From: Alphaproteobacteria bacterium
GTDB taxonomy: Bacteria; Pseudomonadota; Alphaproteobacteria; GCA-2731375
NCBI GenBank assembly: GCA_028824965.1
Contig: JAPKBD010000002.1
Span: 1 to 53,818, forward strand
Reading direction: 5' to 3'
Length of the DNA stretch: 53,818 nt
The notes beneath the pieces were generated by a model that saw only the letters and a list, made by a program, of their open reading frames with translations, searched no databases and was not told the origin of the DNA. A program made the translations under genes and the position numbers. Positions 16,568 through 26,397 of the stretch are shown in pieces (within the stretch, counting starts at the first letter, position 1; every line of letters begins with the position of its first letter).

Positions 16568-17881
16568 TTACAGAATAAACTTCGACAGATCGGCGTTTTT
16601 AGCCAGGTCACCCATATGGTCGCGTACGAAATCCGCATCGATGGTGATGGTTTCGCCTGGTCGGTCCGTGGCGGTGAAGCTGATGTCGTCCAACACACGT
16701 TCCAATATAGTGTGTAGACGGCGGGCGCCGATATTTTCCACGTTCTGGTTGACCTCCGCTGCGACGGCGGCAATCTCGTCGATGGCATCGTCGGCAAAAT
16801 CCAGGGTCACGCCTTCCGTATCCAGCAGTGCCACATACTGTTTGATCAAAGAAAACTCGGGCTCCAACAAGATGCGTTTAAAATCATCCGCACCCAGGGC
16901 CGACAGCTCCACCCGGATCGGCAGACGGCCTTGTAGTTCGGGCAACAGATCAGACGGTTTCGCCAGATGGAATGCGCCCGACGCGATAAACAGGATGTGG
17001 TCGGTCTTTATGGAGCCATATTTGGTCGATACGGTCGTGCCTTCCAACAGGGGCAGCAGATCGCGCTGCACCCCTTCCCGGCTGACATCACCGCCCGAAC
17101 GTTCGGAACGCGCCGTGACTTTGTCAATTTCGTCCAGAAAGACGATGCCGTTTTCTTCCGCGGCCGCCAAGGCGTCGCGCACCAAAGCTTCTTCATCCAA
17201 CAGCTTGTCAGATTCTTCCGCCACCAAGACTTCGTAACTTTCTTCAACGGTCAGACGCCGGCGCTTTGTCCGATCCCCGCCCAGGGCCTTGCCCAGCATA
17301 TCGTTCAGGTTCAGCATGCCCATTTGCGCACCGGGCATGCCCGGCACCTCAAACGTCGGCAGACCGCCACCGCCCGTATCGGCCAGGTCCAGCTCTATCT
17401 CTTTATCGGCCAACTCCCCCTCGCGCAATTTTTTGCGAAAGGCCTGCCGCGTACTTTCAGAGGAACTGTCGCCCACAAGCGCGTCCAGAACGCGTTCCTC
17501 GGCCGCCAATTCCGCTTTGGCCTGCACGGTTTCCCGGCGCTTGTCCCGCATCATGGTCAGGGCGATTTCCACCAGGTCGCGGATGATTTGTTCCACATCC
17601 CGGCCCACATAACCGACTTCGGTAAACTTCGTCGCTTCAACCTTCACAAAGGGTGCACCGGCCAGGCGGGCCAGGCGGCGGGCGATCTCTGTCTTGCCGA
17701 CACCCGTGGGGCCGATCATCAGAATGTTTTTTGGCATCACCTCTTCGCGCATGTTGCCTTCCAGCTGCATACGCCGCCAGCGGTTGCGCAGGGCGATGGC
17801 GACGGCGCGTTTGGCATCGTTCTGGCCGACGATATAGCGATCTAGTTCGGAAACAATTTCCCGGGGGCTGAATTCTGTCAT
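16568..17881 (-). CDS. hslU: ATP-dependent protease ATPase subunit HslU
   Basis: Segments [33 protein letters not shown], the Walker A motif [15 protein letters not shown], and a C-terminal ...DLSKFIL. Confidence 0.95.
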   Translation of the reverse strand: MTEFSPREIVSELDRYIVGQNDAKRAVAIALRNRWRRMQLEGNMREEVMPKNILMIGPTGVGKTEIARRLARLAGAPFVKVEATKFTEVGYVGRDVEQIIRDLVEIALTMMRDKRRETVQAKAELAAEERVLDALVGDSSSESTRQAFRKKLREGELADKEIELDLADTGGGGLPTFEVPGMPGAQMGMLNLNDMLGKALGGDRTKRRRLTVEESYEVLVAEESDKLLDEEALVRDALAAAEENGIVFLDEIDKVTARSERSGGDVSREGVQRDLLPLLEGTTVSTKYGSIKTDHILFIASGAFHLAKPSDLLPELQGRLPIRVELSALGADDFKRILLEPEFSLIKQYVALLDTEGVTLDFADDAIDEIAAVAAEVNQNVENIGARRLHTILERVLDDISFTATDRPGETITIDADFVRDHMGDLAKNADLSKFIL

Positions 17882-18450
17882 TTTGCCGGGTCCTGCTGGC
17901 TTAATGTTTCTAACGTGACGTTTTCATTGGTGTAGACACAGATGCCGGCAGCGATATGCATGGCCTTCCGGGCGATATCCTCCGCTGCCATATCATCCAG
18001 GTCAATCAAAGCGCGGGCCGCAGACAGGGCGTATGATCCGCCGGAGCCGATGCCGATCAGGCCGTCCTCAGGCTCCAACACATCGCCGGTGCCGGTCAGA
18101 ACCAGGGATGTATCCACATCCGCCACGGCCATCATCGCCTCTAATCGGCGGAGGTAACGATCCGTGCGCCAATCCTTGGCCATTTCCACCGCTGCCCGGG
18201 TCAAATTTCCGGGATGTTGTTCCAACTTGCCTTCCAACCGTTCAAACAACGTAAAGGCATCTGCCGTGGCACCGGCGAAGCCGGCAATAATTTTACCCTC
18301 CGATCCCAAACGGCGCACTTTGCGTGCATTCGACTTGATCACGGTCTGGCCCAGGCTGACCTGGCCATCGCCGGCCATGACAACCGTATCGCCCTTGCGG
18401 ACACATAATATGGTCGTGCCGTACCAAGTTCTCTCGTTTGAATGATCCAC
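17878..18450 (-). CDS. hslV: ATP-dependent protease subunit HslV
   Basis: [24 protein letters not shown] contains the catalytic Thr. The start is set at GTG 18450, with AAGGATAGAGAG upstream. The ORF-track start at 18555 adds 35 atypical residues. Confidence 0.9.
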   Translation of the reverse strand: MDHSNERTWYGTTILCVRKGDTVVMAGDGQVSLGQTVIKSNARKVRRLGSEGKIIAGFAGATADAFTLFERLEGKLEQHPGNLTRAAVEMAKDWRTDRYLRRLEAMMAVADVDTSLVLTGTGDVLEPEDGLIGIGSGGSYALSAARALIDLDDMAAEDIARKAMHIAAGICVYTNENVTLETLSQQDPAK

Positions 18451-18672
18451 GGGCTCTCTATCCTTTATCTTCCAGCCTTTGATGTATGGCGAAACGCGCC
18501 CGTATACAAGACCCGCGAATTCCAGGCGCGGGATACACAAGATCCGCGAAGTCAAAACCAGAGATCCCGCACTGGCGAATACTGCGCCGGACTGCTATAC
18601 CGCCTTCAACCAATGGATAGATTATAGACCGTAGCGGATTATCCCACCGCCACGATCGAGGAGCGACAGGCC

Positions 18673-19272
18673 ATGCGCCAGGCCAAAGTAGAACGCAACA
18701 CCAAGGAAACCCAGATCACCGTCGCGGTGGATCTGGACGGCACGGGCAGCTATGACGTGCAGACCGGCCTGGGTTTTCTGGACCATATGCTGGAACAATT
18801 ATCCCGCCACAGCCTGATTGACCTAACGGTGCGCGCCAAGGGTGATTTGCACATCGACGGCCATCACACCACGGAAGATACCGGCTTGGCCATTGGCGAG
18901 GCGATCCGCCAGGCCCTGGGCCCACGCACGGGCATTGTCCGCTATGGCAACGCCGTGGTGCCGATGGATGAAACTCTGACCCGGGTCGCCCTGGATCTGT
19001 CAGACCGGCCCTATCTGATTTGGAAAGTTGCTTTCAACCGGCCAAAACTGGGTGATATGGACACCGAATTGTTCCGGGAATGGTTCCAGGCGCTGTCACA
19101 GGCGGCGGGCATCACCCTGCATGTGGAGGTCCTGTACGGCCAGAACAATCATCACATGATCGAAAGCTGTTTCAAGGCCCTGGCCCGCAGCCTGCGCCAG
19201 GCGGTGGAAATCGATCCGCGCCGGGCCGATGCGGTGCCATCGACCAAAGGCGTCCTCGGCGGCAGTCTTTAG
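18673..19272 (+). CDS. hisB: Imidazoleglycerol-phosphate dehydratase
   Basis: Segments [44 protein letters not shown] and [12 protein letters not shown]. Confidence 0.95.
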   Translation: MRQAKVERNTKETQITVAVDLDGTGSYDVQTGLGFLDHMLEQLSRHSLIDLTVRAKGDLHIDGHHTTEDTGLAIGEAIRQALGPRTGIVRYGNAVVPMDETLTRVALDLSDRPYLIWKVAFNRPKLGDMDTELFREWFQALSQAAGITLHVEVLYGQNNHHMIESCFKALARSLRQAVEIDPRRADAVPSTKGVLGGSL

Positions 19273-19285
19273 AGGGGAAGCAGCC

Positions 19286-19792
19286 ATGCGCCTCTATACG
19301 GTGCACCACAGACCTAACGTCGATGAGCGGGCTGCGACCACAGACCCAGACGTGGTCTTCGTCAAAGAAGGCTTTTGCTGGCCCGCCTTGTTCGTGCCGC
19401 TATTGTGGCTGGTCTATCGCAAACAGGTCTGGGGCCTACTGGCCTTTCTGGCGGTGACGGCAATCCTTTCCGCTGCGACCTTCGTCAGTGGCTTAGACGC
19501 CATAACTACGTCATTGTTGTCCGTGGCGCTGTCTCTTTACATCGCGGCACAAGCCAATGACTGGCGGCGTTGGCGCCTGGCGGCAGATGGCTACGCGCTG
19601 GTCACGGTTGTCGGGGCCAACAATCTTCGCCGGGCCGAGGAAGTTTATTTCTACGATCGTTGGCAGGCACAACCCATTCCGGGGCCAGTTGTGCCAGTTG
19701 TTGGGCCGGCGCAGAATTTCGCGCCCCTGCCGACCAGGCGGCCGCCCGCCAGTCGGCTGACGCCTTTCGCAACACCCTTTGATCCGGCGTAG
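19286..19792 (+). CDS. DUF2628-like membrane protein (commonly found between hisB and hisH in Alphaproteobacteria)
   Basis: ATG 19286 follows GAGGGGA. The N-terminus is MRLYTVHH...VVFVKEGFCWPALFVPLLWLVYRKQVWGLLAF, and there are two TM helices. Confidence 0.6.
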   Translation: MRLYTVHHRPNVDERAATTDPDVVFVKEGFCWPALFVPLLWLVYRKQVWGLLAFLAVTAILSAATFVSGLDAITTSLLSVALSLYIAAQANDWRRWRLAADGYALVTVVGANNLRRAEEVYFYDRWQAQPIPGPVVPVVGPAQNFAPLPTRRPPASRLTPFATPFDPA

Positions 19793-19800
19793 AGAACATC

Positions 19801-20445
19801 ATGCGTATCGCAATTGTAGATTACGGTTCCGGCAACCTTCGTTCCGCCGCCAAGGCGTTTGAGCGGGCCGGTGCTGATCATAAAGACGCTGTCGAAGTCG
19901 TCGTGACCTCACGGGCAGACGTTGTTGCCAGTGCGGACCGCGTCGTGCTGCCGGGCGTCGGAGCCTTCGCCGATTGCCGGGCCGGATTGGGCGCTGTCGA
20001 CGGCATGGTCGATGCCCTGGATGAATTTGTCCGCGACAAAGGGCGGCCCTTTCTGGGCATCTGCGTCGGCATGCAATTACTGGCGGACGTTGGGTTGGAA
20101 TATGGGGAACATGCCGGCCTGGGGTGGATCGGTGGTGAAGTACGCGCGATTGATCCAGGCGATGTGCGCAAAAAGGTGCCGCACATGGGCTGGAACGCCC
20201 TGCGCATCACGGAAAGCCCTGCCAATCTGTTCGCCGGCATTGATCCCGGTGCCCACGTCTATTTCGTCCATTCCTATGGTTTTGCGCCCACCGATGATGG
20301 CTGCATTCTGGCAGAGGTCGACTACGGCCCCCCGATTGTATCCGCCGTTGCCAAGGGCAACATCGCCGGCACACAATTCCATCCGGAAAAAAGCCAGGCC
20401 GTCGGCCTGCGCTTTATCGCCAACTTCCTGTCCTGGTCTCCCTAG
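19801..20445 (+). CDS. hisH: Imidazole glycerol phosphate synthase, glutaminase subunit
   Basis: Segments MRIAIVDYGSGNLRSAAKAFE, GICVGMQLL and FHPEKS. Confidence 0.95.
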   Translation: MRIAIVDYGSGNLRSAAKAFERAGADHKDAVEVVVTSRADVVASADRVVLPGVGAFADCRAGLGAVDGMVDALDEFVRDKGRPFLGICVGMQLLADVGLEYGEHAGLGWIGGEVRAIDPGDVRKKVPHMGWNALRITESPANLFAGIDPGAHVYFVHSYGFAPTDDGCILAEVDYGPPIVSAVAKGNIAGTQFHPEKSQAVGLRFIANFLSWSP

Positions 20446-20507
20446 AGCATGCCTTTCAAGCATTCTCTAACTTTAGAAGAACGAGAAATTGAAAATTTCT
20501 CTAGAGT
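20443..20507. repeat. Variant copy of the GAGCAT-hairpin repeat family, in the hisH-hisA spacer
   Basis: TAGAGCATGC-ctttcaa-GCATTCTCT forms an 8-bp stem with 1 mismatch (20444-20468). GAGAAAT-tgaaa-ATTTCTC lies at 20483-20501 and is followed by TAGAG. The hisH TAG stop is part of the first TAGAGCA motif. Confidence 0.65.
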
Positions 20508-20516
20508 ATCGACATC

Positions 20517-21248
20517 ATGAACCTTTATCCTGCCATTGATCTAAAGGGCGGCGACTGTGTCCGCCTGTTGCGCGGTGAAATGGATGCCGCGACGGTCTTT
20601 AACAATGATCCCGCCGCCCAGGCACGATCATTTCAGGATGCGGGCTGTCAATGGCTGCATCTGGTGGACCTGAACGGCGCCATCGAAGGCCGCCCCGTCA
20701 ATGGCGACGCTGTTGGCGCGATCCTTGAGGCGCTGAAAATTCCGGTGCAGCTGGGCGGTGGTATTCGTGACGAGGAAACGGCCCTGGCCTGGTTGGAAGC
20801 AGGCATCAATAGGGTCATCATCGGCACCTTCGCCCTGCGCCAACCAGACCTAGTGGCAGATCTTTGCCGCCGTCATCCGGGCCGCATCGCCATCGGCATC
20901 GATGGCCGGGATGGCCGGGTTGCGGTGGAAGGCTGGGTCGAGCAATCGGATGTTTCTGTGGCTGATCTGGCCCGTCATTTCGAAGGCGCGGGTGCCGCCG
21001 CCATTATCTATACGGACATTGACCGCGACGGTGCCATGCAGGGCCACAACGTGGCCGCAACGTCTGCTCTGGCGGAGGCGATCTCGACACCGGTCATAGC
21101 ATCGGGCGGGGTTACGAACCTGGATGATCTGACGGCATTGAAAGCGGCGTCTGCAACAGGGATTGAAGGGGTGATCGTCGGACGGGCCTTGTATGACGGT
21201 GCTTTCGACGTCGCATCTGCCCTGGTGGCCTTGGGAGGCGAAGGATAA
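20517..21248 (+). CDS. hisA: 1-(5-phosphoribosyl)-5-[(5-phosphoribosylamino)methylideneamino]imidazole-4-carboxamide isomerase
   Basis: Segments [23 protein letters not shown] and GGGIRD...[10 protein letters not shown]. Confidence 0.95.
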   Translation: MNLYPAIDLKGGDCVRLLRGEMDAATVFNNDPAAQARSFQDAGCQWLHLVDLNGAIEGRPVNGDAVGAILEALKIPVQLGGGIRDEETALAWLEAGINRVIIGTFALRQPDLVADLCRRHPGRIAIGIDGRDGRVAVEGWVEQSDVSVADLARHFEGAGAAAIIYTDIDRDGAMQGHNVAATSALAEAISTPVIASGGVTNLDDLTALKAASATGIEGVIVGRALYDGAFDVASALVALGGEG

Positions 21249-22012
21249 TGCTGACGAAGCGTGTCATTCCCTGCCTCGACGTGAAAGATGGTCGCGTGGT
21301 CAAGGGCGTCAACTTCGTTGATTTGATCGATGCCGGCGACCCGGTGGAACAGGCCAAAATCTATGATAAAGCCGGCGCGGACGAACTAACCTTCCTGGAC
21401 ATTACCGCATCATCGGACAACCGGGACATCATCTTTGACGTGGTCAGCGCCACGGCTGAACAATGCTTTATGCCGTTGACGGTGGGTGGTGGCGTTCGTG
21501 TGGTCGAGGATGTGCGCAAGCTGCTGCTGGCAGGGGCCGATAAAGTCTCCATCAACACGGCGGCTGTGAACCGGCCCGAATTTGTCGCCGAGGCGGCCTT
21601 AAAATTCGGCAATCAGTGCATCGTTGTCGCTATTGATGCCAAGCGGGACGGGCGCGGGGGTTTTGAAGTTTTCACCCATGGCGGGCGCAACCCAACAGGT
21701 ATCGAGGTGATTGCCTGGGCCCGGCGCATGGCCGAATTGGGCGCGGGGGAAATCCTGCTGACCTCCATGGACCGGGACGGCACCAAGTCAGGCTTTGATA
21801 ATGAGTTGACCCGGTTGGTCGCCGATGCGGTCAGTGTGCCCGTCGTTGCATCGGGGGGCGTTGGCACCTTGGATCATATGGTTGATGGCATCGTCGAAGG
21901 GCACGCGGATGCGGTTTTGGCCGCCTCCATCTTTCACTTTGGCGAATATTCCATTGCCGAGGCGAAAACGGCCATGCGGGCCGCCGGGTTGCCGGTCAGG
22001 CTGGAGCAATAG
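21248..22012 (+). CDS. hisF: Imidazole glycerol phosphate synthase, cyclase subunit
   Basis: Segments [20 protein letters not shown] and [14 protein letters not shown]. The start overlaps the hisA stop (TAATG). Confidence 0.95.
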   Translation: MLTKRVIPCLDVKDGRVVKGVNFVDLIDAGDPVEQAKIYDKAGADELTFLDITASSDNRDIIFDVVSATAEQCFMPLTVGGGVRVVEDVRKLLLAGADKVSINTAAVNRPEFVAEAALKFGNQCIVVAIDAKRDGRGGFEVFTHGGRNPTGIEVIAWARRMAELGAGEILLTSMDRDGTKSGFDNELTRLVADAVSVPVVASGGVGTLDHMVDGIVEGHADAVLAASIFHFGEYSIAEAKTAMRAAGLPVRLEQ

Positions 22013-22013
22013 C

Positions 22014-22541
22014 ATGCCAGCCCTGTATCTATTGCGCCACGGGGACGCCGATGCAGGCACGCCGGATCAGGGTGACCTTGGCCGTATTCTGAACGCCCGT
22101 GGTAACAATGAAGCCGCATTGATTGGCCGCTATCTGGCGGAAAAATCTGCGCACCCAGTCCGGCATTTGGACCTGGTTCTATGTTCTGCGGCGCAGCGCA
22201 CGCAACAAACCTGGGCGCTGGTCGCGGGACATCTGACCAATCCGCCAAAGGCACAAGTTGAACAGGACTTGTATCTATGTTCCGCATCTGGCCTGGATAA
22301 ACGGGTGCGCAGTTTACCCGATGACGCAGAGAACGTCCTGATCATCGGCCATAATCCCGGCCTGCACGAGGCGGCGATTTACTACGCCGATGTCAGCGAT
22401 GGCCCTATAATGCGGCGACTGTATTCGGAATTTCCGTCCGCTACATTAGTCGCGTTTCAATTCAGTCAGGCTTGGTCGGGCATTAGCCAGCACACCGGTC
22501 GACTGAAACTATTTGTCACACCCAAAGATCTGACCCCATAA
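22014..22541 (+). CDS. Histidine phosphatase family protein (SixA-like)
   Basis: ATG 22014 lies directly after the hisF stop. Segments MPALYLLRHGDA...RGNNEA and IIGHNPGL. Confidence 0.6.
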   Translation: MPALYLLRHGDADAGTPDQGDLGRILNARGNNEAALIGRYLAEKSAHPVRHLDLVLCSAAQRTQQTWALVAGHLTNPPKAQVEQDLYLCSASGLDKRVRSLPDDAENVLIIGHNPGLHEAAIYYADVSDGPIMRRLYSEFPSATLVAFQFSQAWSGISQHTGRLKLFVTPKDLTP

Positions 22542-22579
22542 ATTCTCGCTGTCATCATCTAAAACGAAAGTCTGTAACT

Positions 22580-22945
22580 ATGTCAGAGCAAGCAATTCCG
22601 GAAGCCGCACAGGGCGCAGAGATCCTGGGCCAGCTGTACGAGGTTATTGAACAACGCCGGCACGCCGATCCGTCCGAGTCCTGGACCGCCCGCTTGATGG
22701 CCAAGGGTTTGCCAAAGATCAGTCAAAAAGTCGGCGAAGAAGCGACGGAAGTCGTGATTGCCGCCCTGGCGGAAACCCATCAGGATTTGTTGGAGGAAAG
22801 CGCGGACCTGCTGTATCACCTGCTGGTTTTGTGGTCTGCAAAGGGCGTGAAGCCCGACGAAGTTTACAATGTTCTGTACCAACGACGCATCGGTGATGGT
22901 GATGTAAAAAAGAAGAAAAAGCACAAAAACGACGACGCGAAATAG
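22580..22945 (+). CDS. hisE: Phosphoribosyl-ATP pyrophosphatase
   Basis: Segments LGQLYEVIEQRR...SWTARLMAKGLPKISQKVGEEATEVVIAA and ESADLLYHLLVLW. It ends in an unusual Lys-rich tail, GDGDVKKKKKHKNDDAK. Confidence 0.9.
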   Translation: MSEQAIPEAAQGAEILGQLYEVIEQRRHADPSESWTARLMAKGLPKISQKVGEEATEVVIAALAETHQDLLEESADLLYHLLVLWSAKGVKPDEVYNVLYQRRIGDGDVKKKKKHKNDDAK

Positions 22946-22984
22946 TCGTATAGCCAATTGCCCAAAGGAAAGCCCCAGCGCACC

Positions 22985-23353
22985 ATGGCCTATGATCAGA
23001 ACAATATATTTGCCCGCATTCTACGCGGCGAGATCCCCTGCAAAAAAGTTTACGAAAACGACCATGCCCTGGCGTTCCATGATGTCAGCCCGCAGATGCC
23101 CGTACATGTCCTGGTCATTCCTAAAGGCTCGTACACGAACCTGGAAGAATTCCACGCCGGTGCCAGCGTGGAGGAAATGGGTGCCTTCATGCAGGCCGTG
23201 GCCGAAACTGCGAAGCTGTCAGGTGTTACCGAAAGCGGCTACCGTCTGGTTGCCAACAATGGTGAGGACGCCCATCAGGAAGTGCCCCATTTCCACATGC
23301 ATATCTTCGGTGGCCAGCCCATCATGGGCCGAATGATTAAGGCCCAGGATTAG
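22985..23353 (+). CDS. HIT-family nucleotide hydrolase/transferase
   Basis: Segment IFARILRGEIPCKKVYENDHALAFHDVSPQMPVHVLVIPK and the histidine triad HFHMHIFGG. Confidence 0.85.
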   Translation: MAYDQNNIFARILRGEIPCKKVYENDHALAFHDVSPQMPVHVLVIPKGSYTNLEEFHAGASVEEMGAFMQAVAETAKLSGVTESGYRLVANNGEDAHQEVPHFHMHIFGGQPIMGRMIKAQD

Positions 23354-23406
23354 AGCGGATAAAGAGGCGATGTGCAGCGGGCCTACTTTGATGCGTGTCG
23401 CCGTGG

Positions 23407-23439
23407 ATGCCCGGATCAAGTCCGGGCATGACATTTTTG
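23407..23439 (+). terminator. REP-type hairpin acting as a likely intrinsic terminator of the hisE-HIT transcript
   Basis: A perfect 9-bp stem ATGCCCGGA-tcaag-TCCGGGCAT (23407-23429) is followed by GACATTTTTGG. Confidence 0.5.
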
Positions 23440-23473
23440 GCATTTATCGGCCATTTTTCCTTCAAATTTCGTC

Positions 23474-23496
23474 ATTGCCGGGCTTGACCCGGCAAT
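23474..23496. repeat. Second REP-type hairpin, same family in opposite orientation
   Basis: Perfect 9-bp stem ATTGCCGGG-cttga-CCCGGCAAT within GTCATTGCCGGGCTTGACCCGGCAATC. Confidence 0.7.
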
Positions 23497-23534
23497 CTAT
23501 TTTGACGCCATCTTCAGGTTAGAAAACAGTGGTT

Positions 23535-24569
23535 CTACCGGGCGGATTGAAAGCCGCTTAAGAACGCCAGCAGATTATCCGGCATTTCGTCGCACAGATA
23601 ACCGCCCTCTTGCACGATCAGGGTCGGCAGGCCCAAGGCGTAGATCGCAGCGGCCATGCGCCCGAAACCTTCCGTGGTGATCGACAGAATGCCTAAAGGG
23701 TCATTTTCCTGGGCATCAAGACCTAACGAGATCAAAAGATAACCCGGTGCGAAATTTTTGATCGCCTGCAGGGCCGGGTCCATGGCTTGTAGATAGGCAT
23801 CATCACCCATGCCCTGCGCCAGCGGCAGGTTCAGATTGAAACCCTCCCCCGCGCCTGCGCCACGTTCATCCCCATAGCCCGCATAGTAGGGATAGAACAC
23901 CGATGGATCCCCGTGCAATGAGCAGAACAAAACATCGGCCCGGTCATAGAAAATGCCCTGGGTACCGTTGCCGTGATGGACATCCACATCCAGGATCGCC
24001 ACACGATCTGTTTGCCCACGCATATATTGCGCCGCAATGGCGACATTGTTGAGGAAGCAAAAGCCACCGGCCTGATCGCCATAGGCATGATGGCCCGGTG
24101 GGCGGCACAAGGCATAGGCCGCATCGTCACCGCCCAAAACCAAATCAGCCGCCGTCAGCGCGACTTGTGCTGCAACTTCTGCTGCACCCCAGGTTCCCGG
24201 CCCGATGGGACAGGCCGTATCCGCCATATAATACCCGGCTTTACCAACGATAGCTTGTGGTCGTCCCTGCATATGGCGACCGGGATGCATATTAGGCATC
24301 ATGGACGGACCGGCATTGGGCAGCCTTTGCCATTCGGCCAAACCGTTTTGCAGAAAATCCAGATAGTCGGCGGGATGCACCGCCGCGATGGCGTCCATAC
24401 CATGATCCGCGGGGGCCAGAATTTCATAGCCGGCGGCTTCCACCGCGGCGAACAGGTGATGGGCCCGTTCGGGACATTCCGGCGACGGCGCTAAACGGCC
24501 CGCACTGATAAAACTTTCGGGGTCATGGCCAATATGGTCCGGGCTGTGAACAATACGCATGGGCCGCAT
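23535..24569 (-). CDS. Histone deacetylase / acetylpolyamine amidohydrolase family protein
   Basis: Segments RPPGHHA and LDVDVHHGNGTQ...EGGY. The start is either ATG 24569 (TGATG overlap with the SDR stop) or ATG 24560. The 24635 start is unlikely because it lies inside the SDR gene. Confidence 0.8.
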   Translation of the reverse strand: MRPMRIVHSPDHIGHDPESFISAGRLAPSPECPERAHHLFAAVEAAGYEILAPADHGMDAIAAVHPADYLDFLQNGLAEWQRLPNAGPSMMPNMHPGRHMQGRPQAIVGKAGYYMADTACPIGPGTWGAAEVAAQVALTAADLVLGGDDAAYALCRPPGHHAYGDQAGGFCFLNNVAIAAQYMRGQTDRVAILDVDVHHGNGTQGIFYDRADVLFCSLHGDPSVFYPYYAGYGDERGAGAGEGFNLNLPLAQGMGDDAYLQAMDPALQAIKNFAPGYLLISLGLDAQENDPLGILSITTEGFGRMAAAIYALGLPTLIVQEGGYLCDEMPDNLLAFLSGFQSAR

Positions 24570-25339
24570 CAAACGTGCTGACCACCGTTGATGTGGATTT
24601 CCGCGCCGTTGACATAGCTGGATTGTTCCGTGCACAGGAAATAGATCGTCTTGGCGACCTCCTCCGGCGTACCCAGGCGGCGCATGGGTATAGTTGGCGC
24701 CAACAGCGCCTCCGTATCCGGGGACAGAATTTCGGTCTTAATCTCACCCGGCGCAATGGCGTTGACCCGCACGCCCTGGGGCGCGAAATCCGCCGCCATC
24801 TCTCGGGTCAATGAGGCCAGGGCCGCTTTCGAGGTGGAATAGGCGGAGCCTGCGAACATATGCACCCGGCTGCCGGCGATGGAAGTGACGTTGACAACAG
24901 AACCCTTGGCCACCCGCAATTCATCCAGCAGGCCACGCGCCAGCATGATCGGCGCATAGAAATTCACTTGCGTCACTTGACGCCAGGTATCCATGTCCGT
25001 GGTCAGACTGGATAGACGGCCGCCGTCGGCTGCTTTTGGTGAAATGCCCGCATTGTTGACCAGCGCATGCAGCGGGCCGCCGCCCAGGCGTTTTTTCAGT
25101 TCGGCGATCCCCGTCTCAATATCGGCTGGGTCCGACAAATCCACCTGCAAATGATCCTCCGGCCCCGCCTCCCACGGGCAATCTTCGGGAAAGGCCTGGC
25201 GGGAGCAGGTAATGACACGCCACCCGGCGGATGAAAACCGCTTCACCGTGGCATGGCCAATACCCCTGCTGGCCCCGGTCAGGACCAGTGTGCGGCGGCT
25301 ATTCGCTGATGTTTCATTCATGACCTTACTATCTATCAC
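24569..25339 (-). CDS. SDR-family oxidoreductase
   Basis: TGASRGIGHA cofactor motif, NNAG, and the catalytic YSTSKAAL. Confidence 0.85.
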   Translation of the reverse strand: MIDSKVMNETSANSRRTLVLTGASRGIGHATVKRFSSAGWRVITCSRQAFPEDCPWEAGPEDHLQVDLSDPADIETGIAELKKRLGGGPLHALVNNAGISPKAADGGRLSSLTTDMDTWRQVTQVNFYAPIMLARGLLDELRVAKGSVVNVTSIAGSRVHMFAGSAYSTSKAALASLTREMAADFAPQGVRVNAIAPGEIKTEILSPDTEALLAPTIPMRRLGTPEEVAKTIYFLCTEQSSYVNGAEIHINGGQHV

Positions 25340-25417
25340 CTTTGGCGAATAATACCAGAACTACCAATTTGCCCTACTTGGTGTAAGCTTATTATGCAAA
25401 AAGGGGAGGTTGATATC

Positions 25418-26365
25418 ATGGCGGTTATCAAAGTGCAGGACTTGGCCTATGGCCGTCTGCGGTCACCTGATCTGGACAGAATGGAAGAATTTCTGACCCA
25501 TTTCGGCATGACCCGCGCGGACCGTACCAAGGACGCCCTTTATATGCGGGGCACGGACCCAAACCATCACATTCACATCACCGAAAAAGGCGACCCGGCT
25601 TTTGTCGGCTTTGCCTATCAGGCCGGAAGTCTGGATGATCTGGAACGGCTGTCCGACACACCCGATGCTTCCGCCGTTGAAGACATTGATGAACCAGGCG
25701 GCGGCAAACGGGTGCGCCTGACCGAACCCAACGGCTATCAGATTGAGGTCGTCCATGGCATCGCGCCGTTGCCCGCCATTGAGGTGAATTGGGGCCTGAC
25801 CAACAGTGGCGCCGAACCCTTGCGCCGGGCCGGCGAACCTTTACGACTGGCAAAATCACCATCCCCCGTGAAGCGCATCGGCCATGGTGTTCTGGCCACG
25901 CCAAAAGTCACCGAGACGGCGCAATGGTTTCAAAACACCCTGGGCTTCATTTGTTCCGACGATGTTTATGCGGGTGAAGAAGACAACATTATCGGATCTT
26001 TTAATCGCTGCGACCTGGGCGACGATTATACCGACCATCACACCCTATTCTGCATCCGGAATGACCAAGCAGGCCTTAATCACATATCATTCGAAATCCC
26101 GGATATTGATGCGGTGTTCATGGATCACGAATACCTGACAGACCTGGACAAGTACGAACATATGTGGGGCATCGGACGCCACGTTTTGGGCAGCCAGGTG
26201 TTCGACTATTGGTGTGACCCCTGGGGCCGGGTGCACGAACGCTGGGCGGATACGGACCGCATGAATGCGGCCTATGGCTCCAATCTTGTATCGGCAGAGG
26301 AAGGCCTCGGCAGCCAATGGGGGATCGGTGCGCCGGAAAAATTCGTCACCAAGGTCAGTCCTTGA
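25418..26365 (+). CDS. VOC-superfamily protein, extradiol ring-cleavage dioxygenase-like (two glyoxalase-fold modules)
   Basis: ATG 25418 lies 8 nt after AAAGGGGAGG. The two half-domains are ...HHIHITEKGD...GYQIEVVHG and ...GHGVL...LNHISFEIPD. The substrate is unknown. Confidence 0.6.
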   Translation: MAVIKVQDLAYGRLRSPDLDRMEEFLTHFGMTRADRTKDALYMRGTDPNHHIHITEKGDPAFVGFAYQAGSLDDLERLSDTPDASAVEDIDEPGGGKRVRLTEPNGYQIEVVHGIAPLPAIEVNWGLTNSGAEPLRRAGEPLRLAKSPSPVKRIGHGVLATPKVTETAQWFQNTLGFICSDDVYAGEEDNIIGSFNRCDLGDDYTDHHTLFCIRNDQAGLNHISFEIPDIDAVFMDHEYLTDLDKYEHMWGIGRHVLGSQVFDYWCDPWGRVHERWADTDRMNAAYGSNLVSAEEGLGSQWGIGAPEKFVTKVSP

Positions 26366-26397
26366 AACGAACGCAGACCACGTTAACTGTACGTGCT

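Noticed and set aside
16557-17845. Long plus-strand ORFs (16557-17237, 16967-17845) antisense to hslU
   Set aside because: hslU on the minus strand is unambiguous (Walker A and full-length homology pattern). The antisense ORFs are Arg/Ser/Ala-rich shadows.
22599-22618. AGAGCAAGCAATTCC at the start of hisE resembles the repeat terminus
   Set aside because: It lies inside the coding sequence (MSEQAIPEA) and has no partner inverted repeat or adjacent hairpin, so it is probably a chance similarity.
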